The position numbers and the translations under genes are program-made. Positions 12,943 to 24,595 of a DNA stretch of 64,000 bases are shown piece by piece (the first letter of the stretch is position 1; every line of letters begins with the position of its first letter). Below the pieces are notes generated by a model. That model was given only the letters and a program-made list of their open reading frames with translations, was not told the origin of the DNA and searched no databases. This stretch comes from Podarcis pityusensis (lineage: Eukaryota): the NCBI GenBank assembly GCA_964106645.2, contig OZ067043.1, one strand, 5' to 3'.

Positions 12943-15900
12943 TCATGTACTTTCAAAATCTGAGACAGGCGAGGATGATGGGAACACAACATTTTCAATA
13001 ACAGGCTGCTCTTCTAGCTCAAAAGGGGGTGGTGAAACAGCCCCACCTGGCTCTTCCTCTGGATTGGGAGGAGTTGGAAACATAACCCCTTCTTGGTCAG
13101 GATTCTCAAAAGTGAGAGAAGGCAACAGGGGAGAATCATCTTTTTCAGCATTCTCCAAAGTGGGAGAAGGCAACAGGGGAGAGTGATCTTTTTCAGCATT
13201 CTCCAAAGTGGGAGAAGGCAAGAGGGGAGAGTCATCTTTTTCAGCATTCTCCAAAGTGGGAGAAGGCAAGAGGGGAGAGTCATCTTTTGGGGAGTCCGGA
13301 ACAGCAAGGACTGTGACTTCTTTTTCCTGCTTGGTCTTGCCATCGCCTTTAGGAAAAGAATCCTGTTTCTTCTTCCTTCTACGACGGAAGTACCAGCAGC
13401 AGCTGCACAGAGACAGGGAATCTTTATTACCATAAGGCATGTGGATCTTAGTAGGCACCCCTCCCATACAGCTCTGGTTGCCCAGAACCCCACAAGCAAA
13501 ATACAGGGAGGGACACATATAAGGAATATGGAAGCCAGATTCATAGGAAAGTGGTAACATCCCCCTTGCCCAAGAACTCTGTTGGGTTAGGGCAGGGGTA
13601 GGCAACCTAAGGCCCATGGGCTGGATGCGGCCCAATCGCCTCCTCAATCCGGCCCGCGGATGGTCCGGGAATCAGCGTTTTTTTCCATGAGTAGAATGTG
13701 TCCTTTTATTTAAATGCATCCCTGGGTTATTTGTGGGGCCTGCCTGGTGTTTTTACATGAGTGGAATGTGTGCTTTTATTTAAAATGCATCTCTGGGTTA
13801 TTTGTGGGGCATAGGAATTCATTCATTACTATTTTTTTCAAAATATAGTCCGGCCCACCACATGGTCTGAGGGACGGTGGACCGGCCCATGGCTGAAAAA
13901 GGTTGCTGACCCCTGGGTTAGAGTGTGCTGGTTAGGGTATCTTGGCCAGGATCAGGTGGTGGTTACTGAAAACAGTGATAATAATCAAATTGTAGAAAGG
14001 CATGTGGGGAAACTATGCAAGGGGGCTGTATTCAGAGGAAGGGCAAAGGTGGAATGAAAGCAATACCTGTTTGGTGCACTCTAGTCCCAGAAGCCAGGAA
14101 AGTAGAGAACTGGTGGTGCAGATATATGATCCCGTAGTGGAGGCATTCCCTGGGCACCCCCACCCCCAATTATCTGTGATAAGTGGTTGCACAGCCACTG
14201 TCATTTCTTGGGACCCTGCACTCACTTAATGACCAGCCACACATCTCTTTGGCCCACTAAATTTTACAGATGTGGGCTTAGACAGGAAAGAAGAAAACCC
14301 AGAACTCACAGCACAATGATACAGAAGCAAGTAAGCAGCAGGACGACAAAGATCACCAACAGAGCAGGAAACCCATGTGTTGGAGGGACTGCGTGGAAAG
14401 AGACACAGATTACTCAAGAGTGCCAGTTCTCCTCAGCACCCAGAGCCAAGCTGCCTATCCAGCAGCAGCACCCGCCTCTATTACCGTATTTTTCACCCTA
14501 TAGGACGCACTTCTTCCCCTCCAAAAATGAAGGGGAAATGTGTGTGCATCCTATGGGGCGAATGCAGGCTTTCGCTGAAGCCTGGAGAGCGAGAGGGGTC
14601 GGTGCAGACCGACCCCTCTCGCTCTCCAGGCTTCAGGAAGCTATCCGCAAGCTGTGGGAGAGCTGCATGACTTCGCGCAGTTCTCCCACGGCTAGCGGAG
14701 AGCTTGCCTGCACCCAGAAGCTTGGGGCGCGCTGAGCTCAGCACGCCCCAGGCTTCCAGCTTCGCGCAGCTCTCCGCTAGCCGTGGGAGAGCTGCGCGAA
14801 GCCCCACACCTGGGGGGGGGATAAAAAAAAATTCTTTATTTCCCCCCCCCAAAAAAACTAGGTGCATCCTATGGGCCGGTGCGTCCTATGGGGCGAAAAA
14901 TACGGTAATTTCAGGAACTCGAAAGTTAAACAGGAGGTGAGCTTAAGTATCACAGTGGAAAGAAAGGCCAAAGGGAAATAGGCAGCCAGTATAAACAAAC
15001 ACTGTTTGGACCAAATTCACACATGCACAGAACTGTTCCCTCACTAGATGCTCGTATATATGGTTGCAGTCTAGGAGCGCTGTTTCTTAGGTACCTAGGA
15101 ACACAAGAAAAGCCTTGCTAGCTCAGGCCAAAGGACCACCTCCTTCAGCATCTTGTTCTCACTGAGGTCTGCAGGACATGAGTGCAACAGTACTCACCTG
15201 TAATTCTGAGTAACTGGTATTCAGAGGCATACTGCCTCCAATAGTGGAGGTGGAACATAGCCATCTGAAGATAAATCTGTCTTTGGATTTAACATACAGG
15301 TTTGAGGGGACATTAAGTATACAGAGCATCACCTTAGGGGAGATGGATAATTAACACGATCACAGGAGGTGAAATTTAACTCTCCTGTTCTGAGTCTTGT
15401 GGTAAGAATTTACTTCTACATCACTCTGTCTGTTACCCAGATGAGGGGCCACCTTTTAAATAAAACACAGAATGAAGGAAACTAATTCAAGCCCAGCATC
15501 CAGGACTGAAGTAAATCCCTCCTCTGGAGCTAGTATTTCCATTGGGAAGAAATTCCCCATTGCGGCAAATCTTCCCAACTTCAGAGGAGAGATTTTTCTC
15601 AGGACTGCGGCAAGGAAAGAGTTAAAATCCCTCCCTTCACCCCCCTACAATCATGATACTTATCAGCCGCAGCCACACAGCTGATGCTATGTGCATTTTT
15701 TAAAACCTTGAACATATTTCATGTTGTGTCTAGCTTGACTCTCAGTATGCTAAGTCCAAGAACCAGTGCTGGAAAATCCAGAGAGGTCTCTCAGGAAGCC
15801 CTTCCTCATGTCACCCACCTGATACATACCTTCTGGGCTCATGCATTCCGCAGCTGTTCTGGCAGCAGGGTGCAAGGTTGACCCGTTGTGGTAGCACTGA

Positions 15901-18900
15901 ATGCACACAGTTGTCCCATAGCGCAGACTATATGTTCCGTTTGGGCAGGGAACACAATTTCCAGCTGCAGCCACACTATATGTTCCAGGAGGGCACGCAG
16001 CTGTCAAGCAAAATGGCAGATAAAGGCATGGAGGGGGGAGCGAAAGGAGCAGAGCCTGAAATACAGACAGCACACAGGTTTCATTCCTCCATCAGCTAAG
16101 CTGGAGGGGTGGGGAGGGATTAGGGAGAGAGGGATTTCAAGCTGGCCGCATACCATGTGAACCCTACCCAAGGGGCATCCTTTTTCAATCATCCTCCTCA
16201 AAGGAGTTGTGGAGAGGGTGTCTCTTCCTGGAGTTGAGGGAGTCATGCTTAGCGCAATGTGCTAAACAGGTGGACAAAATAGCTCTGACTGAATGGAATT
16301 AAAGAACGGATCCAAGGGCTGTGTACACACCATGCATTTAAAGCATGTGACTTCCCCCCCCCAAAAAAATTGGGAACTGTAGTTTATTAAGGGTGCTGAG
16401 AAATATAGCTCCACGAGGGGTGAAAACTAAAGTGTACACAGCCCAAGGGCACCTGGCAGAGCTACAGTGAAACTCTAGAACAGTCTTTCCCAACCTTGGG
16501 TCTCCAGCTGTTTTCAGACGACAGTTCCCATCATCCCTGACCACTGGTCTTGCTAGCTAAGGATGATGGGAGTTGTAGTCCAAAAACAGCTGGAGACCCA
16601 AGGTTGGGAAACACTGCTCTAGAGGAAGGGAAGGTAGAGAGAAGAGAGCCATTACAAACCCAGTGCTCTCCAGATGTTTTGGGGCTGGTGGTAGTTGTGT
16701 TCCAAAACATCTGGAAGGCACTGGGTTTGCAAAGGCTGGGGTGACAGCTAAGAACAAATGTGGCGAGAGGCTTCCCAGTGACGTGAACAAACACTGCAGC
16801 CTATGGGACCAGAGGCAGCGTCTGAGGAGGGATGAGGCAGCAGCTCATGGATCACCTGCTCCACTCACTACAGCAGTCGGGACAGCGTGCCTGTAGCTCC
16901 GAGGTCTGTCCATAACCTTCCAGGCATGTTCCACCCTCCAGGAAGTTGACAAAGGTGTTGACGAAGGAGGTGCGGGAGGTGGGCGCCTCTCCCAAGGGGA
17001 AACGTTTGTTGTTCTCCATGAATATGGTTATTGCTTCCTCGGCCTGTAGGGAGATGCATAGGGTGGTTCAAGAGTGGGGGAAGGAAGACTGGGAGGTCTG
17101 CTTTTTGTTATTGATCTGTTTTTCTGAAAAAGGAAGGAAAACAGGATTGCAGGGAAAACAGAGAAGGATAAGAATCTGATGACAGGGTCATCACAAGAGT
17201 GAGTGAACAAAATGTGGCAGTTCCATAGTAAATACCTAGAATGCAAGTATCCATCCTTTCTTTGAAATATGCATAACCATGGGGTTCTTGCTTTTATTGC
17301 CTCAAAGTAAATAGCCCCAGCCATTCCATGTGCAGCAATGCACATTAGCCTTGTTCCAGAAGATAAAAGACATGGTTGCCCTTTGCAGCTCAACAACATA
17401 TGTAGGTACAAAACCCCAGCAAACTTATTTCCTGGTAGGGGAGAGATGAAGTTTGGTGACGTACCTGCTGCAGATTGCTCAAGACAGCTCCATTATAACA
17501 ATCAAATTCCAGTGCATCAGCCTTGGGGGAGCAGAACTTATCCCAGCCCTTCCCAAAAGGAGATACTAGAAAACAATGACAAATATGTTACGGTCCCTTT
17601 GCCAATAGGCTCGCTCTTCCATCAGTGCACACAGAGTCCAAACCCTCATTCCAGGATATGGCAAAATAGATCCAATATAATGCTTGCCTGAATGCAGTTA
17701 AGTAAATTATGTTAATTCAACTTAGCGCAACCCTCCAGATCATGATACATATCCATTGCCACCCTTGCTGCTTAAGAAATGTTCCTCCGGCAATCCAAGG
17801 GAATGTACCTTTACCCAAAATCTGTCTGTTCTCAGCAAAGACACACACTGAGGCTACACTTACTTCTGGTGTTTTCAATAAGCAGTCCTAGCTGGTGAAA
17901 TCCTGCCTTTCTGCACGAGCCTCTCCTGCTCCAAACTTCACTTCCTCCCCAAACTGTGACTGAACCCAGCCAACCTGAGTTCCTCTGCCATCCTCTAGAA
18001 ACACCCTGAATTTCTTGGCTCTGACCTTCAAGCTCTACCTGGAAGTTGAACTCATCCAAAGGTTTCTCCATGGTGGGGAAGCAGCTGATGGCGCCAAGCA
18101 GAAGTTCACAGTGGAGGTGGTGCACCACCTCGCTCAGATGCTCTCGCAGGGTCTTCAGGAACCCATGCGTCAATTCCTCATCGCAAGAGTTGCACTGAAA
18201 AAGGAGTAGGACGTGCAGCTCTGCACGTATGTGGTAGCCTGGGGAAAGAGGCAGAGGAAGGGGAATCTGGAAGGCAACTTCTCCTACAAAAACAGGAGCT
18301 CAAAAGACAGCAAAAGTCACATCTTCCACTTCATGTCCACTATGAAGAAGTTCAAGAAGACGGAAAGAAATTGCAAACACCTAAGAAAGACTGTGGATCC
18401 TCAGGAGAACAGAGAGAAACTACCTATGTTTGGCCACAGCGTCTGGCCACAGGCCAAAACTTCTCCCACATTTCTCCCAATATATGTCCGTCCGTCCCCC
18501 ACCACTAGCTTCCTCTTGGTTCCAGCCAATCACCCATCTAGTCAAATAGTTCAGTCCCCTTTGTTTCACTATCCTTCAAGACATCTGGAATCCACTCACC
18601 CACCACTGTGTGATAGAAAGTTTTAGTATGGAGCTGGCCATCCGTGGTGTAGGAGACTGTGCAGACATACAGTCCACTGTCATCAGTATGAAAATCATGC
18701 AGAGTCAGGGAAGCATCACCACTGAGGGGATGGGTTCCTGAAAGTAGAGGGCAGAATCAGCCTAAGAAGAACAATGTTCTGTTACAACCAGCTTAGGCAC
18801 CAATACTGAGGGGTCAAGAGAAACCCCCGGTCCTTTAATACTTCTATAGCTTCATGTGGCTCTCGGCTCATAGGTACATGGATGCATCGAGAGAGTCTAA

Positions 18901-21540
18901 TTATTTTCTGCTGACCTTATGCCATGAATGCCCATACACAATACCTTTCTTGAATCCCGACATTCTACACCATATTTTCTTATTATAGGAACCATGCACT
19001 GGGTAGCTGAGATTGGCAGGTACAGTTAGTCAATATTTTGTGACATGCTGATACTATTTTACAACCAGGTTTTGGGTTGGGAAAAGCAAGTTGTCTCACA
19101 GCTTGCTTCAGTTATAACTTTTAAGTAACAGGAACCTTTAAAAGCTGAGCTCTGAGTCTATTTCACTTCCAGTAGTTCTGATGTTTTTGCCAATATGCCT
19201 GTTGTGAAGAATAATCTGTTGAACTCTCCAGACTTTAATTTGGGCAGGCAATTTCAGGCCAACTTGGTTTTACACCTGGGAAGCTTAACAGATGCATCAA
19301 TGTGTTTGCGAGTTACCTTTTCATGCATCTTCAGGCCTCACCCCAAGCAGTGATTGAACTGGTATAAGAAGTAAAGATGGGCTCCTTAATGAAATCCACA
19401 GGGCCCAATCCCCACTCACTCCAATTTTAGCCACATAATGGCCTCTCTGTAGCATTAGGAGGAGGAGTGACATAACATGGGCTCTTGCCCAAGGCACAAG
19501 GACACAGAGGGCATAGACAAGACTAAACTAATTCTCAACATAAAATGCTTGGGAAATATTATCTTGGGTGCTAAAGTTCAAATCAGTCTGAGGTGCAAAA
19601 AAATCTCTGTTGCTGATCATTCTAGAAAAAACATTGGCAGTCCTGGGACACCAACAGGTGCCTTTTCCCAAGTAATCCAAACTCTTCTTTTCCTCACACA
19701 TCTGTCCCTGACATCTACTGAAAGATCCTAGAGTCCCAAGCAATAAGGCCTAACCTTCATTTTCCAGGCTCCAGTTGTAGGTGGGATTCATACCAATCAC
19801 AACATCCATCTCTGAAGACTTGCAGGGGATAGTAAATTCCTTGGCACCAATGTGGACAAAGATGGTGTCTGAAAAAACAGGCAGGTATTGTGGTTAGCAT
19901 GTCTGACTAGAACCAGGAAGACCCGGGTTCAAATCCTCCCTTGGCCATGAAGCTCCCTAGATGACCTTGAGCAGCCACTACCTCTCAGCCTAATCTACCT
20001 CATAGGGTTGCTGTGAAGATAAATGGAAGGTGGAAGAGCTGTGTACTCTGGCTTGGGCTTTCTGGAGGAAAGACAGGGTTTAAATTTAGTAAAAAATGAA
20101 TAAATCAGAAGAATCAATTTGGCATTGGTGACAGGGCAATGGGAAAACTAGGTTCTTGGTTGGGCTTTGTGTTAATGGGCACAAATCATCTAATGATCAT
20201 CTATCGCTTGGCTAGCTCAGGTGGCCAGATTGAAGTGCCAAGGCCATGGATTCAAGGCACAGATCAGATGGCCACTGAAGATGGATGAAACGAGGCCGCA
20301 GTGATGATGTCCCCATTTATTGCTTGTTTATTTTACTTAATGCAGTGTCAGCTAAATGGAACTGATCTTTGTTACAGTCTCACCCAGCTCTCCAGCTGTC
20401 TTTCTAACACGTGCCAGTCCTGCAGGAGTTCCACTGTCAGACAAGTCAAGGTGAAGTCCACAGCCTGAAAAGGAGCAAAGACCTCCTTCTGTAAAGTATC
20501 ATACTGTAAAGTATCATTACAGACTTAACTGCTGTATCTGTGTGTACTCAGCAATAAAGCAATGGTTCCCAGCTTCATGGTACATTGTGCAGTCTGAAAC
20601 TCACCCCGGAGCTCCCATGTTTTGACCAGGGAGAGTCGGAGGTTAAATTGGGATATACTGGCAAATCCCCAGATGACACAGTATTTCCACAACAGCAAGT
20701 AAAACTGATATATATCTGCCATTGCTGACTTTGTAGAAATCACTTATTTCTCAGCCTCAGTGTTCCTCAGCTGGAAGGTAGGCAGCAATCTTACCACCAT
20801 ACCCAAAAGGAAGCCCTATTAAATTCAACAGGACTTCCTTCCGAGTACACATGGGATTGCATTATTGGCTGCCGCTGGCCAGTTTTAGAGTTCTGTGTTA
20901 AAATCCCTAAACTGCAGTAACTCAGATGTTGAATTATTAATTATATATTTATTTTTTGATGTAGTTATTGTTACATTTTCATTTGTGTATGTAGTTTATT
21001 CCAGTGTATGGTTTGTGGGGTGGAACAGGTAATTCTTCCTGCTGAACCACCCTTTTCCATGGGGTGCCAATCCTGTTCCCACCGCCACCTTTGTACAATG
21101 TGGCTCTGTACTGTCCACCCACCCCAGCCAGGATCTTGCTCCTGACACCATTTGGTAGACCTCAGGATGACAGCAATATACAAAGCCGGTTTCAAAAGTC
21201 TCAAATTGAACTTCACTCCAGCTCTCTAGCTCCATGCAAGGAGCCATTTCGGTCCAGAATATTGTGTTTTTGAGCTGCCTGCGAGGCGATTCCATCCGTT
21301 TTTGTGGACAGATTCGAATGTTAATTGAATTAATAAACTCGTGTAACAGGCAGGCGTTTAGGAGACCGTGCTCTTGGCTCTTTCCACAAGCAACTGCAGC
21401 TCTGATGTGCTACCACCACATCCTCGAGGAGACACCCGGCTGCAGCCGAGCCCCTCGATAGCACCCTTCTCCGTACCGGGCCCATCGCACAGCAATAGGA
21501 CTAGGATCCCCAAAGCGACGCCGGCCGACCAGCAAGACAT
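12943..21540 (-). CDS. ZPBP/sp38-family (zona pellucida-binding protein-like) type-I transmembrane protein, 10 exons, 531 aa
   Basis: Exons 21477-21540, 20384-20464, 19755-19868, 18600-18737, 18026-18238, 17465-17565, 16869-17043, 15830-16000, 14310-14388, 12943-13402. All introns GT..AG with matching phases; 1596 nt, no internal stop. Signal peptide MSCWSAGVALGILVLLLC; Ig domain (IPC..PTYNW..LTLHDFHTDDSGLYVC); sp38-like region (CNSC..FLKTLREHLSEVVHHLHCEL; TCLEGYG..RCPDCCTACPPGTYS); TM FPALLVIFVVLLLTCFCIIVL followed by CCWYFRRRRKKK. Confidence 0.88.
13101..13290 (-). repeat. Coding minisatellite, 48-nt unit x ~4 (DDSPLLPSPTLENAEK)
   Basis: Unit ggcaa(c/g)aggggagagtcatctttttcagcattctccaaagtgggagaa repeated in the last coding exon of the ZPBP-like gene. 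Confidence 0.95.
13593..13915. mobile_element. hAT-type MITE
   Basis: CAGGGGTAGGCAACCT...AGGTTGCTGACCCCTG; 8-bp TSD ggttaggg/ggttagag; same family as 41372-41622. Confidence 0.85.
14484..14905. mobile_element. Tc1/mariner-type MITE (CCGTATTTTTC TIR)
   Basis: TA-CCGTATTTTTCACCCTATAGGACGCAC...GTGCGTCCTATGGGGCGAAAAATACGG-TA; GC-rich palindromic interior. Confidence 0.85.
16481..16616. mobile_element. Near-perfect hairpin hAT MITE
   Basis: CAGTCTTTCCCAACCTTGGGTCTCCAGCTGTTTT...AAAACAGCTGGAGACCCAAGGTTGGGAAACACTG; TSD ctctagaa/ctctagag. Confidence 0.85.
19882..20090 (+). mobile_element. MIR-like/CORE-type tRNA SINE
   Basis: TGGTTAGCATGTCTGACTAG..CCGGGTTCAAATCC B-box; CTACCTCATAGGGTTGCTGTGAAGATAAA core. 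Confidence 0.65.
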
Positions 21541-22010
21541 GTAGCCAGACTTAAGGGCGATCTGTCCTATTCTAGAGCCCCCCGTGAGAACGGAGAGGTC
21601 TCCGGAATCCCTGCAAGAGCCATGCGGTTGCTACGCAACCTAGAGCTCCTTCGTGACGTCGAGGCGTTCTAGAACCCATCTCCGCCACAGTCCCAGCGGA
21701 AGACGCTGCTAAGGTTGCTTACGCCTCTGATTATTTCTGGTCCTCGGCAGCCCCCGTCCGCGCGTTTTTTACGTCATCCGATTGCGACAACCTGGAAGCA
21801 ACGGTTTTTCGGAAACTAGGCGGCGTTGTGTTCGAGGTGAGGACTACCGGAAGGTAACGAGCAGCGTTGTGTCGCCTTAGAAGCCAGGAAGGGGTGGCTA
21901 GAGGTGAGGGGCTAAAGAGAATAGGTGCTGGGCGGGTGGCAATTGACACCCTTGGGCGTGTTTTCTCCTCCTAGGTTCTTAGCTTTTTATTGTTTTCTCT
22001 TCTCAGCGCC
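21541..22010. promoter_or_regulatory. CpG-island bidirectional promoter, ZPBP-like / SNAPC2
   Basis: CpG-rich, 470 bp between divergent ATGs; X-box-like GTTGCTACGCAAC (21627-21639); CRE-like TGACGTCG (21654) and TTACGTCA (21769); ETS-type CCGGAAG. Confidence 0.75.
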
Positions 22011-24595
22011 ATGAAGCCGCCCTCCAGGCAGCGTTCAGCCCCTGCTCGCTACAGGACGGCCCCCACGAGCCAGGCTTGGACGGACCCAGAAAAGCGACGC
22101 CTTCTTCGGGCCCTGAGAGCTCACGGCCAGGGTCCGCTGCGGCCCGAGCTGTTGAAGAAGTACCTGCCTTCGAGGGATGAAGAAGAGGTGGGTGGCCACG
22201 TGGTGGAGGGCAGGATTCGAACTTGGCCGGGCTGTGAGCTTCCTAACAACCCCACGAGTTGGCGGACTGATGGCCAGCATGCAGGGTTTGGAGACGAGGA
22301 CTCCATCTCTGGTCAGCCACGAGAGCTAGGTGGCCTTGGCAGATAAATCGTAAGGGACGACTTGGGAGGATGAATTGGGAGAGACTCCTTTTTTAATCCT
22401 TCTACACATTCATACTGGCAAATCCTAGTTAAAGGGGAGTAATTGCAAACTTTCTGCCTTGAAGAAATACTCCATTTTTATGTCTTCAGAAAGTAGAATA
22501 CTGTCTTTCCCAAAACATTCCATGTATGTCCCCTAAGTTGTGCTGCTCTTGCAGATCATGGCATTTGTGGAGCACCTGAAAGAGCGTGTGGCAAAGGAAG
22601 CAGTCAAGGAACAATATCAGTATCGCCAGCGTAAACAGAAGGATGCTCCTGTTCCAGCACCTATTGAGGTATGAGAGTTTTAAAAGTGTAGGTAATGTGA
22701 TATGGCACAACATAAGCTAAGGGCTATTCACACAACTGACACTTCCTTTTTTTTTTTTTTTTAAGATATGGACAGAGTTAGCTGAGAAATTGACAGGTCC
22801 CCTTGAGGATGCTGTTGCAACTGCTTTTTCCCAGGTAACCTTTTCCATGATCTTAATAAGATAGATATTGTTCTTGGTGTAGTAATTTAAGATATCTGTA
22901 TGTCTCCATCTGACAAAATGTCTCTGAGATACATGGCTCTGTCCTGGTTCTTTTGGTTCTTTTCTAACTTTTCAGACAGATTTAATGCTGGGAAATGTAT
23001 TTGGTTTACTAGAGAATCCCTGACTGCTTGGCATACAAAGTCCATACTTGATTGTGACTTTTTCTCTACTCATTAGGTTTGGACAATTGCATCTACTGAG
23101 CCACTCACCTTGCTCCATTCCGTGCCTCCAAAGTCAGTGGTGATAAAGAATTCTCAATGTTCATCCCAAAATCTTCATAGTGAGAGTAGGAAATCCAACG
23201 AAGAATCTCATGAACCAACTGTATCATCAGATGTAGAGGAAATAGCCCCTGCAGAAAACAGTAGCTTCCATGTGGACTTTGAAAAGATCTACAAGTACCT
23301 TTCTGTGATCTCACGTGGCTGTAAGGCACCTGAACTCCCACCAGGTGGTAAGTTGGTGTTTGTGTTGGACCAAGATGAATTTAAATAACAGGCAGCTACT
23401 AGAAGAAATGTTTCTGCACTGGAATGTGACTCCAGGTAACCAAGACATCTACTACAGCATGCCTACTGTATTCTTGGTGCCAGGCAAAAACATTTCTCCT
23501 TATTGAAGCTGCCTTATTGAGTTTTATCTGCAATCATTCCATCCCTTCCTTTTTATTCTGTTGCTTTTTCTGTATTGTGCCATTTTTTCATCTGCTGTGG
23601 AGTTCTATTTCAGCTGAAGGGCTGGACACTAAATCTTTAAAATGCTTCCCATAAATGGAGCATCCCCTAGGACTGGAAACACTATGTGTCCTGCCAAAAA
23701 CTGTACTCCTTCTGCCAAAACTTCCAACATATTTAGTGCTACTAAAAGCAACAACTACCTTGCTGGGCATAGTTGGGTAACCTTTGAGGTTACTGTTGTG
23801 GATGATGGGTGGGATTTGGGGGACTAAGGAAAACATTTCAGAAGGGAATTGCTTGTTTCTCCCCACTCCCCAGTGAAAATATGAGTGGCCCATGAGCGTG
23901 GAGACAGGGAGAGTTTTCCTAGGTGAGAGGAAGCAGCAACCTGTCATATAATGTAAAACAGATAAAAGGTTCTCATCAGATTTCCAGTCTTTAAAATAAA
24001 ATTTCTTATATAGAAAGTTATCCTTAACCTCTAAGACGTAATTTTTAAAAATCTAAAATAGCTTAGCTGTTAATGTGAGAAAATTTACTACTTCATTTGT
24101 TACACATGTTGGAGGCAGGGTGAAGTTTCAGAATCTGTAACTGGGGAGCAGGAGATAAAAAAATCCTACCTATGTTTCTGCCAAAGTGAGTGTAGCCACT
24201 CTCCTCATACATTTTGCTTGCTTTCTGCAGAGTCAGCTGTGGTCCTAGATTTGCTACTGTCACTGCCAGAAGAGCTGGGCTTTCTAGACTTCAAGAAGCT
24301 GAAGAGTCACATGCACAAATGTTACACAGAGTTGAACACCCACTACACAGGTGAAAGAAGCAGAATGAAAGAGGGCAACCAGCCTGGAAGCAATAATGGG
24401 GAGCTATTTCCACATGTGCAGCCAGCTACTACTGGCTTACCACAACAGGAGGAGAGTAGTAGTTCTCCTACCACTTCCAAAGATGATGCAAGTTCTGCCT
24501 CTGCCATGGACTGGAAGACTCTGGGTATCTGCCCTTTGAATCCATTCTTGTTTCCTTTAGCTATCCTTGCACGTAAAGAAGAAAGCTTTGACTGA
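22011..24595 (+). CDS. SNAPC2: snRNA-activating protein complex subunit 2 (SNAP45), 5 coding exons, 331 aa
   Basis: Exons 22011-22187, 22555-22668, 22766-22834, 23077-23347, 24231-24595. Motifs MKPPSRQRSAPARY, PAPIEIWTELAEKLTGPLE, AFSQVWTIASTEP, VDFEKIYKYLS, ESAVVLDLLLSLPEEL, GICPLNPF. Confidence 0.95.

Noticed and set aside
13093-13557. Repetitive plus-strand and alternate-frame ORFs, and a possible CRISPR-like array
   Set aside because: These are shadows of the 48-nt coding minisatellite; the repeats are contiguous with no unique spacers and the DNA is eukaryotic.
13403-13647. N-terminal ~80 aa of the 234-aa ORF 12943..13647
   Set aside because: It starts inside a hAT MITE and intron; the real exon begins at the AG acceptor at 13402.
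14187-14940. Overlapping ORFs of 78-182 aa
   Set aside because: They arise from the GC-rich palindromic mariner-type MITE and antisense of the TM exon.
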